NCBI GenBank assembly: GCA_044227145.1
Contig: JBGAFR010000002.1
Location: 48,703 to 112,702, forward strand
DNA: 64,000 bases
Direction of reading: 5' to 3'
Origin: Lysobacteraceae bacterium
Lineage (GTDB): Bacteria > Pseudomonadota > Gammaproteobacteria > Xanthomonadales > Xanthomonadaceae
In this document: positions 54,333 through 62,433 of the stretch, piece after piece
Layout of the letters: each line of letters starts with the position of its first letter
How positions within the stretch are numbered: the stretch's first letter is position 1
The notes under the pieces: model-generated
Told to the model about the DNA's origin: nothing
Database searches by the model: none
The model's input: the letters and a program-made list of their open reading frames with translations, nothing else
Made by a program: the position numbers and the translations under genes

Positions 54333-55464
54333 GCCATCGATTACAAACGGTTCCATCCTGCTGTCGGACTATGCATCGCAGATCGTGCCGACCGATGTGC
54401 TCGATGCAATAGACTTGCGGCCGGTGCAACACGGTCTTTTTGGCGAGGTGGGCGGCATCATGTCAACGGCCAAGAAGCATATCCGGGACAAGAAGGGGTT
54501 TCCGGAATACCGCCGGGCTGCGGAAGAAGAGTTTGGCGACACGCTCTGGTATTTGGCCGCGTTGTGTCGTCGTTGCGGCATTGGATTGGATGCTGTCTTC
54601 GAGCAAGCGGTGGGTGACGGGAAATATGCAACGGCACTGGCTGCGAGTGATCTTGCAACGGGATCCATTGCCACGGTGGTGGTTCCGGTGACATCGCCCG
54701 AGCTGGATGCGACGCTTGCATCGCTGGGGGTGGCGACCGCAAAACTGATGCAGGGCCAGCCCTCGATGTCCGCATTAGTCAGCTTCGCAAGGCACTACCT
54801 TGATGCGCTTCATGCGACGGGGCTGACGTTTTCGAACGTCGTCCAAGCGAACTTGCGGAAGGCGCGCAGCGCATTCTTGGAACCAGAAATCGCTGACCTC
54901 ATCAACTTCGATGCTGAATTCAAAGAAGAAGAGCAGCTACCCCCTGTTTTTCGTATTCGAATCGACCAGCGGTCCAGCGGCAAAAGCTATCTTAAGTGGA
55001 ACGGCGTCTTCATCGGCGACCCTTTGACTGATAACATCGCTGATCCCGATGGCTACCGGTTTCACGACGTGTTTCATCTCGCAAATGCCGCTATTCTTCA
55101 CTGGTCACCGGTGTTCAGAGCACTTATCAAGCACAAGCGAAAAAGTAACCAGAAGTATGACGAAGAGCAGGATAGTGGCCGGGCAATCGTTGTCGAAGAA
55201 GGGCTGACGGCTTGGTTGTTTTCTCGTGCCAAGGCTTTGGATTACTTTGAGGGTCATGATCGCGTATCGTTGGGCATCCTCAAAACGGTCCAGGAATTTG
55301 TTGCTGGGTACGAGGTTGAGCGGTGCCCGATGAAGCTGTGGGAACGATCCATTCTTCAAGGGTATGACGTCTTTCGTCAGGTGCGTGAAGCGAAGGGCGG
55401 GTTTGTGATCGGTGATCGAAAAGCCAGGACTCTGCAATACGAACCACTGGAGGGCAAAGCATGA
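54325..55464 (+). CDS. MazG-like nucleotide pyrophosphohydrolase with a MazG_C domain
   Basis: GLFGEVG and EEEFGDTLWYLA acidic motifs; C-terminal DGYRFHDVFH...RKS...DSGRAIVVEEG. Confidence 0.8.
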   Translation: MNKPSITNGSILLSDYASQIVPTDVLDAIDLRPVQHGLFGEVGGIMSTAKKHIRDKKGFPEYRRAAEEEFGDTLWYLAALCRRCGIGLDAVFEQAVGDGKYATALAASDLATGSIATVVVPVTSPELDATLASLGVATAKLMQGQPSMSALVSFARHYLDALHATGLTFSNVVQANLRKARSAFLEPEIADLINFDAEFKEEEQLPPVFRIRIDQRSSGKSYLKWNGVFIGDPLTDNIADPDGYRFHDVFHLANAAILHWSPVFRALIKHKRKSNQKYDEEQDSGRAIVVEEGLTAWLFSRAKALDYFEGHDRVSLGILKTVQEFVAGYEVERCPMKLWERSILQGYDVFRQVREAKGGFVIGDRKARTLQYEPLEGKA

Positions 55465-56147
55465 GCGTTCATCCTTTCGTCAAGGCAGTATCGTCTCTGC
55501 GCTTTGAAAATGCATTTAACCCTTACTCTGATCGCTGCGAAGTGCATGATCGCCAGGACGCACCACAGCGCCGTGCGAAGGCATTGTCTGCGGTCGTCTC
55601 GAAGGCGACGGAGACAGCCGTTGATGCGGTGTGGATCGGTCGTGACCTTGGATACCGCGGTGGGCGACGGACGGGTCTTGCACTGACCGATGACGTACAC
55701 GTTTCTCGGCATGCAGAGCGCTGGAATGTGCGCGCAGAACGGCAGACGGTGGGAGAAGCCGTCTCCGAACGAACGGCTGCGGTGATATGGGGCATGCTCG
55801 ATCAGATCGATGAGCCCATATTTCTCTGGAATGTGTTTCCTTTGCACCCCCACGAAGCCGGATCACCGTTTACGAATCGTCAGCATAATGTGCGCGAGCG
55901 CCAAGCTGGAGAGGAAATCCTGAGCTTGTTGTTGGACTTGCTGAGGCCGCGCCGTGTCCTCGCAGTGGGCAACGATGCGTTTGGTGCCGCGGCGCGGGTC
56001 GCCAGCCAGTGCGCAGTGACGCTGGTTCGGCACCCCAGCTACGGAGGGCAACGTCAGTTTGAACGTCAGGTGGCAGATCTTTATGACTTGCGTGGACGCA
56101 ACGGCTCGTTCGCGTTCCCATGTCAAGAAGAAATGGCGCACGCCTAA
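55461..56147 (+). CDS. Uracil-DNA glycosylase superfamily protein
   Basis: FNPY, IGRDLGYRGGRRTGLALTD motif A, LWNVFPLHPH..NR, and VRHPSYGG motif B; ATGA overlap with MazG. Confidence 0.8.
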   Translation: MSVHPFVKAVSSLRFENAFNPYSDRCEVHDRQDAPQRRAKALSAVVSKATETAVDAVWIGRDLGYRGGRRTGLALTDDVHVSRHAERWNVRAERQTVGEAVSERTAAVIWGMLDQIDEPIFLWNVFPLHPHEAGSPFTNRQHNVRERQAGEEILSLLLDLLRPRRVLAVGNDAFGAAARVASQCAVTLVRHPSYGGQRQFERQVADLYDLRGRNGSFAFPCQEEMAHA

Positions 56148-56216
56148 CTAAGTGTGAGGTCGGTCGGTCTGCTGGTAACGGTGGCGTGCTAGCGAAATTA
56201 ATTGACTGGAATCAAT

Positions 56217-56798
56217 ATGGCGTTACTTTCAGAGGCGATGGTAAGGCAAGCGGCCGCACGCACTAAGGTTGTTGCTTCGATGGAAAGTGCAAGTGAAATC
56301 TTGCGTGAAGCACGGAAAACAACCCGAAGCAGCTTTGACATTTTCTTGTCCCACTCGAAGCTAGATAGCGACTTGGTCTTAGGAGTCAAATCTGTTCTCG
56401 AATCTATCGGGAAAACAGTCTACGTTGATTGGATTGATGATCCTCTGTTGGATCGTAGCAACGTAACGCCGAAGACTGCCGAAAAGCTTCGCATGCGTAT
56501 GCGTCAGTGCAAATCTCTTTTCTATGCGCATTCTGAAAATGCAACCACTTCGCGATGGATGCCGTGGGAAATCGGATATTTTGACGGCTTCAATTCAAAC
56601 GTGGCGATCTTGCCGATTTCCCGCAGCGAAAATCAGACCACCTTCGCTGGGGTTGAATATCTGGGCTTGTATCCGTATGTCGATGTAACCGGGCGTACCG
56701 TGTCTTCGGCAGGAACTCTCTATTTGCACCGTAATGCAGGCGACTACGCGGGGTTTGATCGGTGGGTCTTGTCGACAGACAAACTGCGCCCGCTCTAA
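56217..56798 (+). CDS. TIR-domain protein, TIR2
   Basis: FDIFLSHS, VYVDWIDD and SRWMPWEIGYFDG (catalytic Glu). Confidence 0.85.
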   Translation: MALLSEAMVRQAAARTKVVASMESASEILREARKTTRSSFDIFLSHSKLDSDLVLGVKSVLESIGKTVYVDWIDDPLLDRSNVTPKTAEKLRMRMRQCKSLFYAHSENATTSRWMPWEIGYFDGFNSNVAILPISRSENQTTFAGVEYLGLYPYVDVTGRTVSSAGTLYLHRNAGDYAGFDRWVLSTDKLRPL

Positions 56799-56834
56799 TG
56801 GCTTGACGAATTACTTACCTAGTGAGGTTGTGAT

Positions 56835-57974
56835 ATGGCCCTCTACGAGATAGCGGTGCTCGGAGATCCGACTGAAGAGCAATTGGACCTGTTGACGGAC
56901 GGATTGAAGACGGCAGCAAACGACTTTCAGCTTACATACGGAACAGACCTTCTCCTTCACATAAATCCGCACAAATTTGAGCCGGGGGATAGGTCGGCTG
57001 CCGTGGCCGTCTTCTTTGGTAGTCCCGATGTAGTGGCGACAGACCTTCAGGTGCATTTCGATACTTCCAGAATTCCTGTCTTACCTGTTGCATCAAGCGA
57101 GAAGCGCGTGGGGGCGGAGATTCCAGAGTCGCTGAAGACGATCAACTGCCTGCTTTACGACAAAGCGAGTGCGCAACTTGTGCCTGCCATATTGAGTAGT
57201 TTGGGGCTCATGTTGCGGACGCGCAGAGTTTTTTTAAGCTACAGAAGAACGGAGTCAACGCCAGCCGCAGTTCAGCTATTCGGCGAAATATCTGCGAGAC
57301 GTTTTGACGTGTTCCTCGATACGCATAGCGTGAACGTCGCGGAAGAATTCCAAGATGAATTGTGGCACCAGCTATGCGATTCGGATGTGCTCGTGTTGTT
57401 GCAGACGCCAGGATACTTTGAAAGTCGCTGGACAATGGCCGAGTGGGGCAGGGCTCTCTCAAAAGGAGTTGGCATACTCAGTGTCGATTGGCCTGATTCC
57501 ACGCCTTCGATCCATACAGGAACGGCGAGCCGCGTGGAGTTGATACGCTCGGAAATCAATGCAGATGGCACTTTGGCGGCATCGGCAGTGGAGAGAATCT
57601 GTCACCAGATTGAGAAAGTGAGAATTACAAGCCAAGCGGTAAGACACATCTCACTAATCACTTCTGTCCAGGATGCGGTTACCAAAATTGGCGGAAGACT
57701 TCTTCGCATCAGCGCGAATCGAACACTTCACGTAACGCTGGCTACAGGGCGAAAGATTGCAGTGCAGCCAAGAATAGGTGTGCCAACTTCCCTAACAGCC
57801 CAAGAGGCGCTCGATAGGGCTCAAGGAGACCATGCGGCGGTTGTGTACGATCATTTAGGGATTCGTCCGAACTGGCAAAAGCATCTACGTTGGCTAGGGG
57901 AGCATGTTCCATCGGCAAGATGGGTTAAAGCGAGTGAAGCGGGCTGGACATTCGCAGGATGGGAGACTCCATGA
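56835..57974 (+). CDS. Multidomain TIR protein, TIR3
   Basis: Central RVFLSYRR...DVFLD...DSDVLVLL..FESRWTMAEW, with uncharacterised N- and C-terminal alpha/beta domains. Confidence 0.8.
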   Translation: MALYEIAVLGDPTEEQLDLLTDGLKTAANDFQLTYGTDLLLHINPHKFEPGDRSAAVAVFFGSPDVVATDLQVHFDTSRIPVLPVASSEKRVGAEIPESLKTINCLLYDKASAQLVPAILSSLGLMLRTRRVFLSYRRTESTPAAVQLFGEISARRFDVFLDTHSVNVAEEFQDELWHQLCDSDVLVLLQTPGYFESRWTMAEWGRALSKGVGILSVDWPDSTPSIHTGTASRVELIRSEINADGTLAASAVERICHQIEKVRITSQAVRHISLITSVQDAVTKIGGRLLRISANRTLHVTLATGRKIAVQPRIGVPTSLTAQEALDRAQGDHAAVVYDHLGIRPNWQKHLRWLGEHVPSARWVKASEAGWTFAGWETP

Positions 57975-58585
57975 GCGCCATTTTTCTATCAGCAAGCATC
58001 CCTGTTGCAGGGCGTGGCACCTACTATGAGGATGCTGATCCTTTCCTCATACAGTTCGCGGTGAGGGAACTCCTTGTCGTTGCATTAGGAAGGCGTCCGA
58101 TTGTGTGGGGTGGGCATCCTGCTATCACGCCTATGGTGTGGAGCGTGTGCGAAGACCTAGGTGTTCAGTATGCGCAATCCGTGCTGCTCTTCCAGAGCAA
58201 ACTCTTTCAGGACTTCTTCCCACAAGAGAACGAACGTTTTGCAAATGTTCGTTATGTCGATGCAGTCCAAGATGATCGAGAGAGAAGCCTTCAATCTATG
58301 CGGAAAAGCATGATGGAGGGTGAGTTTGAGGCGGGTGTTTTTATTGGCGGCATGAATGGGGTTGAAGAGGAGTGCGATCTCTTCATGCAGTTGCACCCTC
58401 GCGCCAAGATCATTGCGCTCGGCTCTCCTGGTGGTGCTGCAAAGCGGATCGCCAAGAAACGCGATGAGGACATTGAACGAATAGACTACCTACGCCTATT
58501 TGCAGAGCGCCTTGAAATAGATACAACCGAGCCGCGAAATTCACGTGTTTTTGAGAACGATCATATCGCTAGGCCAAGCTTCTAA
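57971..58585 (+). CDS. Stand-alone SLOG-domain protein
   Basis: IFLSASIP, IVWGGHPAIT, SLQSMR, GVFIGGMNGVEEE and GSPGGAA; ATGA overlap with TIR3. Confidence 0.8.
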   Translation: MSAIFLSASIPVAGRGTYYEDADPFLIQFAVRELLVVALGRRPIVWGGHPAITPMVWSVCEDLGVQYAQSVLLFQSKLFQDFFPQENERFANVRYVDAVQDDRERSLQSMRKSMMEGEFEAGVFIGGMNGVEEECDLFMQLHPRAKIIALGSPGGAAKRIAKKRDEDIERIDYLRLFAERLEIDTTEPRNSRVFENDHIARPSF

Positions 58586-58628
58586 TGTCTCAAATAAAAG
58601 GGTCAGGGCAATTTTCGTCAAGACTTCT

Positions 58629-59108
58629 TCATGCTGCCCTTGTCGGAGTCGCCCTCTCCCCGCGCCGATAACCGATGGCTTCCGCAACGTGCGGGCCGAG
58701 GATATCGGCACTTCCGGCGAGGTCGGCGATGGTGCGGGCCACGCGGAGGATTCGGTGCATCGAACGCGCCGAGAGTTGCAGCAGGTCGATCGCGTTCTCC
58801 AGCATGGATTGATCATCGGGCGCGAGCCGGCACACCGCGTTCGTTTCGGATTGATCCAGATGCGCGTTGCAGCGGCCGGCGCGTTGTCGCTGCACTTCGC
58901 GCGCACGGACGACGCGGGTGCGGACGACGTCGCTGGATTCGCCCGCGGGTGCGTCGGGGCGCAGTTCGGCGGGCGACAGTCGCGGCACGTCGAGATGCAG
59001 GTCGATGCGTTCGAGCAGCGGCCCGGAGATCTTGCCGCGATAGCGTGCGATCGCTTCGGGATGGCAGCGGCAGCGGCCGGACGGATCGCCGGCCCAGCCG
59101 CAGGGGCA
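58629..59108 (-). pseudogene. comM: Displaced 3' fragment of comM/yifB, copy 2
   Basis: CPCGWAGD...ISGPLLERIDL...EAIGYR; same 480-bp length as copy 1 with synonymous divergence. Confidence 0.9.
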
Positions 59109-59577
59109 TAGAGGCGTTGCCTTTTTGCCATACGTGAGGATTCGGCGTAAGTCGCTGATTCAGAAAGCATGGGACTTCGAGCCGAAGAGCTTGGGCGACC
59201 ACATCCGCCGTCGCCGGCTCATGCTCGCCATCACCCAAGAGGAGGCGGCGCAGCGCCTCGGCGTGAACGCCTGGACGGTTCACAATTGGGAGACGGGGCA
59301 GAGGAAGCCCGAGATTCGGTTCATCCCTGCCCTTGTCGCATTCCTCGGCTATGACCCGGAGCCGGTCGATGAGGGGACGCTCGCCGGTCGGCTGGTCGCT
59401 AGGCGGCGTCAGCTTGGCCTCTCTCAGCGCGAGGCAGCCCGTTCCCTCCAGATCGACCCCGGCACATGGGCTGGGTGGGAGCTTGGGGCCAGTATCGCTA
59501 GGGAAGCCCACAGGAGGGCGGTGGAGGGGTTCTTAGAGAACCCCGGCACAGCTTCGCAACTTGCTCAAGGTCGCGGC
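58629..59577. repeat. Direct repeat copy 2 (comM 3' fragment + double-HTH gene)
   Basis: Colinear with 52120-53068. Confidence 0.9.
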
Positions 59578-59583
59578 CGATGA
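59125..59583 (+). CDS. Tandem XRE helix-turn-helix protein, copy 2
   Basis: Near-identical paralog of 52616-53059; the TAG stop is replaced by CAA, extending the ORF by 5 codons. Confidence 0.75.
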   Translation: MPYVRIRRKSLIQKAWDFEPKSLGDHIRRRRLMLAITQEEAAQRLGVNAWTVHNWETGQRKPEIRFIPALVAFLGYDPEPVDEGTLAGRLVARRRQLGLSQREAARSLQIDPGTWAGWELGASIAREAHRRAVEGFLENPGTASQLAQGRGR

Positions 59584-59784
59584 TGGTGCGGAGCGGCGTC
59601 CCGGTGGACGCTTCGGCCGTGCTGCCGGGGTGGAGACAGGATGCCTCGGGCGCATGCCGGGGGCTATCAGGGAAAGCCGGTATCGGGGGTAGGGGTTTTC
59701 TGACGCGACCCGTCACAAGCTCGCACGGTCGGCTCGGTGATGGGCTCGGACTTATGAAAGCTAGGAAAGGCGCCGTTAGGTCAC

Positions 59785-59812
59785 AAAAGACGACGCCCAC
59801 CGGAGTGGGCGT
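59785..59812 (-). terminator. Intrinsic terminator after the YjzC-like gene
   Basis: Stem ACGCCCAC-CGGA-GTGGGCGT, followed on the minus strand by CTTTT. Confidence 0.6.
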
Positions 59813-59839
59813 GCCCTCTTCCCTGACGTAGCCACGACC

Positions 59840-60010
59840 TCAGGCGTACTGGGTCAAGACCCAGGTAACCGCCTGACCGTTGTAGGGCGGCATGCGGTTG
59901 CCCTTCGCGATCGGAGCGGTCGTGTTGTAGCCACTCGGCTTCCAGACGCCACTCTCCGGGCAGGTTTCGCCCGTGCGGGCAGTCGTTCCAATCGGCTTGC
60001 GGGTACTCAT
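59840..60010 (-). CDS. YjzC-like small protein (56 aa)
   Basis: MSTRKPIGTTARTGETCPESGVW...APIAKGNRMPPY..VTWVL pattern; followed by a terminator. Confidence 0.65.
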   Translation of the reverse strand: MSTRKPIGTTARTGETCPESGVWKPSGYNTTAPIAKGNRMPPYNGQAVTWVLTQYA

Positions 60011-60059
60011 AGATACAATCCTCAGCCAAGCCCGCCGGGAGTATTCCCGACGACTAAAG

Positions 60060-60101
60060 CTTGACGGAAGCGACAATAACATAATTGTCGACTCCGTCAA
60101 G
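60060..60101. promoter_or_regulatory. Palindromic operator overlapping divergent -35 boxes
   Basis: CTTGACGGAAGCGACAAT-AACATA-ATTGTCGACTCCGTCAAG (16/18 inverted match); TTGACG on both strands. Confidence 0.7.
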
Positions 60102-60136
60102 TATGCTTTGACAACGACCAGACCAAGGGGCCGGCA

Positions 60137-60469
60137 ATGGCATCAGACTTTCCCTCCCGCCTAAAGGCGACCCGTGAGCTACGTGAACTAACCCAGGGAG
60201 ACTTAAGCAAGCTTGCAGGTCTACCAGCGACCACGATCTCTCACTTCGAGAGTGGTTCTCGAAAGCCATCGTTTGATAACCTGAGGCGGCTGGCTAAGGC
60301 GTTAAGTGTCAGCACTGATTACTTAATGGGTATCACTGATACACCCGATGCAACCACCGCCGCTACGCGGATAGCAAGACATCTCCCAAATGCCACTGAA
60401 GACGAGATATCGATGCTAGAAGCTGTAGCAAAATCACTAGCTGATAGGAGACCGCCAAGCGATGGATAG
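60137..60469 (+). CDS. XRE-family HTH repressor
   Basis: RLKATRELRELTQGDLSKLAGLPATTISHFESGSRKPSFDNLRRLAKAL. Confidence 0.9.
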   Translation: MASDFPSRLKATRELRELTQGDLSKLAGLPATTISHFESGSRKPSFDNLRRLAKALSVSTDYLMGITDTPDATTAATRIARHLPNATEDEISMLEAVAKSLADRRPPSDG

Positions 60470-61322
60470 TTTGCGGCGTCGAACGATTGAGGCAAAAGCA
60501 GAAGAGCTTTTGCATGATGCAGGGATAGCAGCTTTACCAGTCAAGCCGCAACAATTGGCCGAACATCTTGGCATTCAAGTACACGCTAAGCCTGCTTCGA
60601 TCAAGGGTGCCTCCGGTTGGTTGGTTCGATCCGGGGACGAGTTCGCAATCATCTACGCTACATATATCGATAGCATCGGCTTTCAACACTTCAGCATAGC
60701 CCACGAGTTGGGCCATTACATGCTGGATGGTCATCCCGAGCATGTGTTCCGCAATGGTGGCGAGCATGCGTCGCATGCTGGTTTCGAAGCAGCGGATCAC
60801 ATTGAGCGAGAAGCCGATCACTTCGCAGCATGCCTGCTCATGCCGAAGGAGTTGTGCCGATCTCTGATTGGCCGCAGTCGCGACGGATTAGAGGCAGTTC
60901 TCCATATTGCCAATCAATGCGAAACGTCATTGACCGCCGCTGCGCTCCGCTATGCAGAGATTGGGCAGCTTCCAGTCGGCATCGTCCAAGCTTACCAAGG
61001 CAAAGTCGAATTCTGTGCGGCCTACCCTATGCAAGCGCATGTTGGTTGGGCTAGACCGCTTCTGCGCAATGCAAAAGTCCCCGTTGACAGTGCAACGAGT
61101 CGCCTGTCTCAAGACCAGGAAGCGATTCTGCGAGGCGGTGAAGATAGCGACAGCAGTCAAGCGAGCGATTGGTTTCCAGGAGCAGATTCTAAAGCCGGGC
61201 TCATAGAGGAAGTGATCGGTCTCGGCAAGTTCGGTCGGACGCTGACCATTCTCACTCTCGATCCGGACGCAGCAGGCACGGATGAAGATGATGATGGTTG
61301 GGAAGAGCCACGCTTTCGCTAG
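60462..61322 (+). CDS. ImmA/IrrE (CapP-like) zinc metallopeptidase
   Basis: FSIAHELGHY HEXXH motif, EREADHFAACLLMP and ETSLTAAALRY; overlaps the XRE stop. Confidence 0.88.
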   Translation: MDSLRRRTIEAKAEELLHDAGIAALPVKPQQLAEHLGIQVHAKPASIKGASGWLVRSGDEFAIIYATYIDSIGFQHFSIAHELGHYMLDGHPEHVFRNGGEHASHAGFEAADHIEREADHFAACLLMPKELCRSLIGRSRDGLEAVLHIANQCETSLTAAALRYAEIGQLPVGIVQAYQGKVEFCAAYPMQAHVGWARPLLRNAKVPVDSATSRLSQDQEAILRGGEDSDSSQASDWFPGADSKAGLIEEVIGLGKFGRTLTILTLDPDAAGTDEDDDGWEEPRFR

Positions 61323-61339
61323 CGAGATTTGAGACTGAC

Positions 61340-62095
61340 ATGGCGGCCTTACCATATCTAATCGCATATCTCGGAGCAGGGTTCTTGCTCGCGTGCGGAT
61401 TTTTAATGAACAACAAGATTTCTTGGCCGAAGAAATTTCTGGTGGCCGGAATTATGATGGTCTTTTGGCCGCTATTTGCATTTGCGGTGCCGGAATCATT
61501 TTTCAAGCCAAGCAAGGAAGAGGCAGCGGCCAGAAACGGAGATCGGCTAACAATAGAGCTAACAAAGCTCTTGCAAGGAGAGTCTGACGGCCTATCTCAG
61601 GTCTTGGGAGAAAAAGTCGCTCGTGTAGCGAAAGGGGGCGATAAAGCAGTTACTTACTTCGGTGTCCCAGGTAGCTTAGATGATGTGCTAGAGGCATTCT
61701 GGGATGAAAATATCCCACCATCGATATACATCAGTCTGCTTTGGGCGCGGGATGAGCTAAAAGAACATGAGCCTCACGATGGGCCGCTTTTCAGTCGCCG
61801 TCCACCTGATTGGTACGTGGGATTTTCACACGAATTTCTCAAGTGCATAGCAAAAGCTGATGGCAAGTTAAGGGGGCGCATACTGGATGCAATCGGCAAG
61901 ATATCTGAGGCTCCTATGGAAGCCGTAGGCGATACTGTCAAGCCGCTTACCAGCAATCTGTCTGGGCTCTGGCGCTATCGAATAGGTGATGATCGTCTTG
62001 TGTATTTCCCGGATCACGAAGAAAAGAAGATCACGTTGATCTTTTTTGGGGCTCGGGGCGATGTGTATAAAAAGGTGTCGCCGCTAGACTCATGA
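61340..62095 (+). CDS. Membrane-anchored protein with a C-terminal RelE/ParE toxin domain
   Basis: Two N-terminal TM helices; C-terminal WYVGFSHEFLK...RILDAI...KPLTSNLSGLWRYRIGDDRLVY...GARGDVY. Confidence 0.7.
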   Translation: MAALPYLIAYLGAGFLLACGFLMNNKISWPKKFLVAGIMMVFWPLFAFAVPESFFKPSKEEAAARNGDRLTIELTKLLQGESDGLSQVLGEKVARVAKGGDKAVTYFGVPGSLDDVLEAFWDENIPPSIYISLLWARDELKEHEPHDGPLFSRRPPDWYVGFSHEFLKCIAKADGKLRGRILDAIGKISEAPMEAVGDTVKPLTSNLSGLWRYRIGDDRLVYFPDHEEKKITLIFFGARGDVYKKVSPLDS

Positions 62096-62145
62096 TCCGA
62101 TCATATCCCGTATGCCATCTGTCAAAGTCTCTGTGGAGGTCGATA

Positions 62146-62433
62146 ATGAAGCAGGTAGACACAAACAAGCTTCGAGAAATTATTGAGTCGGAAGTAAAAT
62201 CGGACACCGAGCAGATGTTCTACAAGGATGCGTTCGCGGCTGGCTGCTACCTTCACAAAGAAGGGCATCACGCGGCAGCGGGCAAGCTATGTAACGGTGT
62301 GCTCAAGTCGCTTGGGTACAACAAGAGGAAGACGTACTTTGCTGAGTTGCTTGATAACATGAGTGGCAATGAAGACCTCTACGCGCAGTGCATGTGGGCT
62401 CATCATGAGCTCAATGAGCTTTTCCGTTCTTGA
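62146..62433 (+). CDS. Hypothetical protein (95 aa)
   Basis: GGAGG ribosome-binding site before ATG 62146; no recognised motif. Confidence 0.55.
   Translation: MKQVDTNKLREIIESEVKSDTEQMFYKDAFAAGCYLHKEGHHAAAGKLCNGVLKSLGYNKRKTYFAELLDNMSGNEDLYAQCMWAHHELNELFRS

Larger units (their letters stand above)
52600..59108. mobile_element. 6.5-kb integrated unit at comM (own comM 3' copy, defence cargo, double-HTH end); no recombinase
   Basis: Bounded by duplicated comM 3' segments; cargo is visibly AT-richer than the host; no integrase, recombinase or transposase ORF inside. Confidence 0.75.

Noticed and set aside
56141-56200. GCCTAAC at the UDG stop, resembling an attC R'' box
   Set aside because: No complementary GTTAGGC or paired L boxes downstream.
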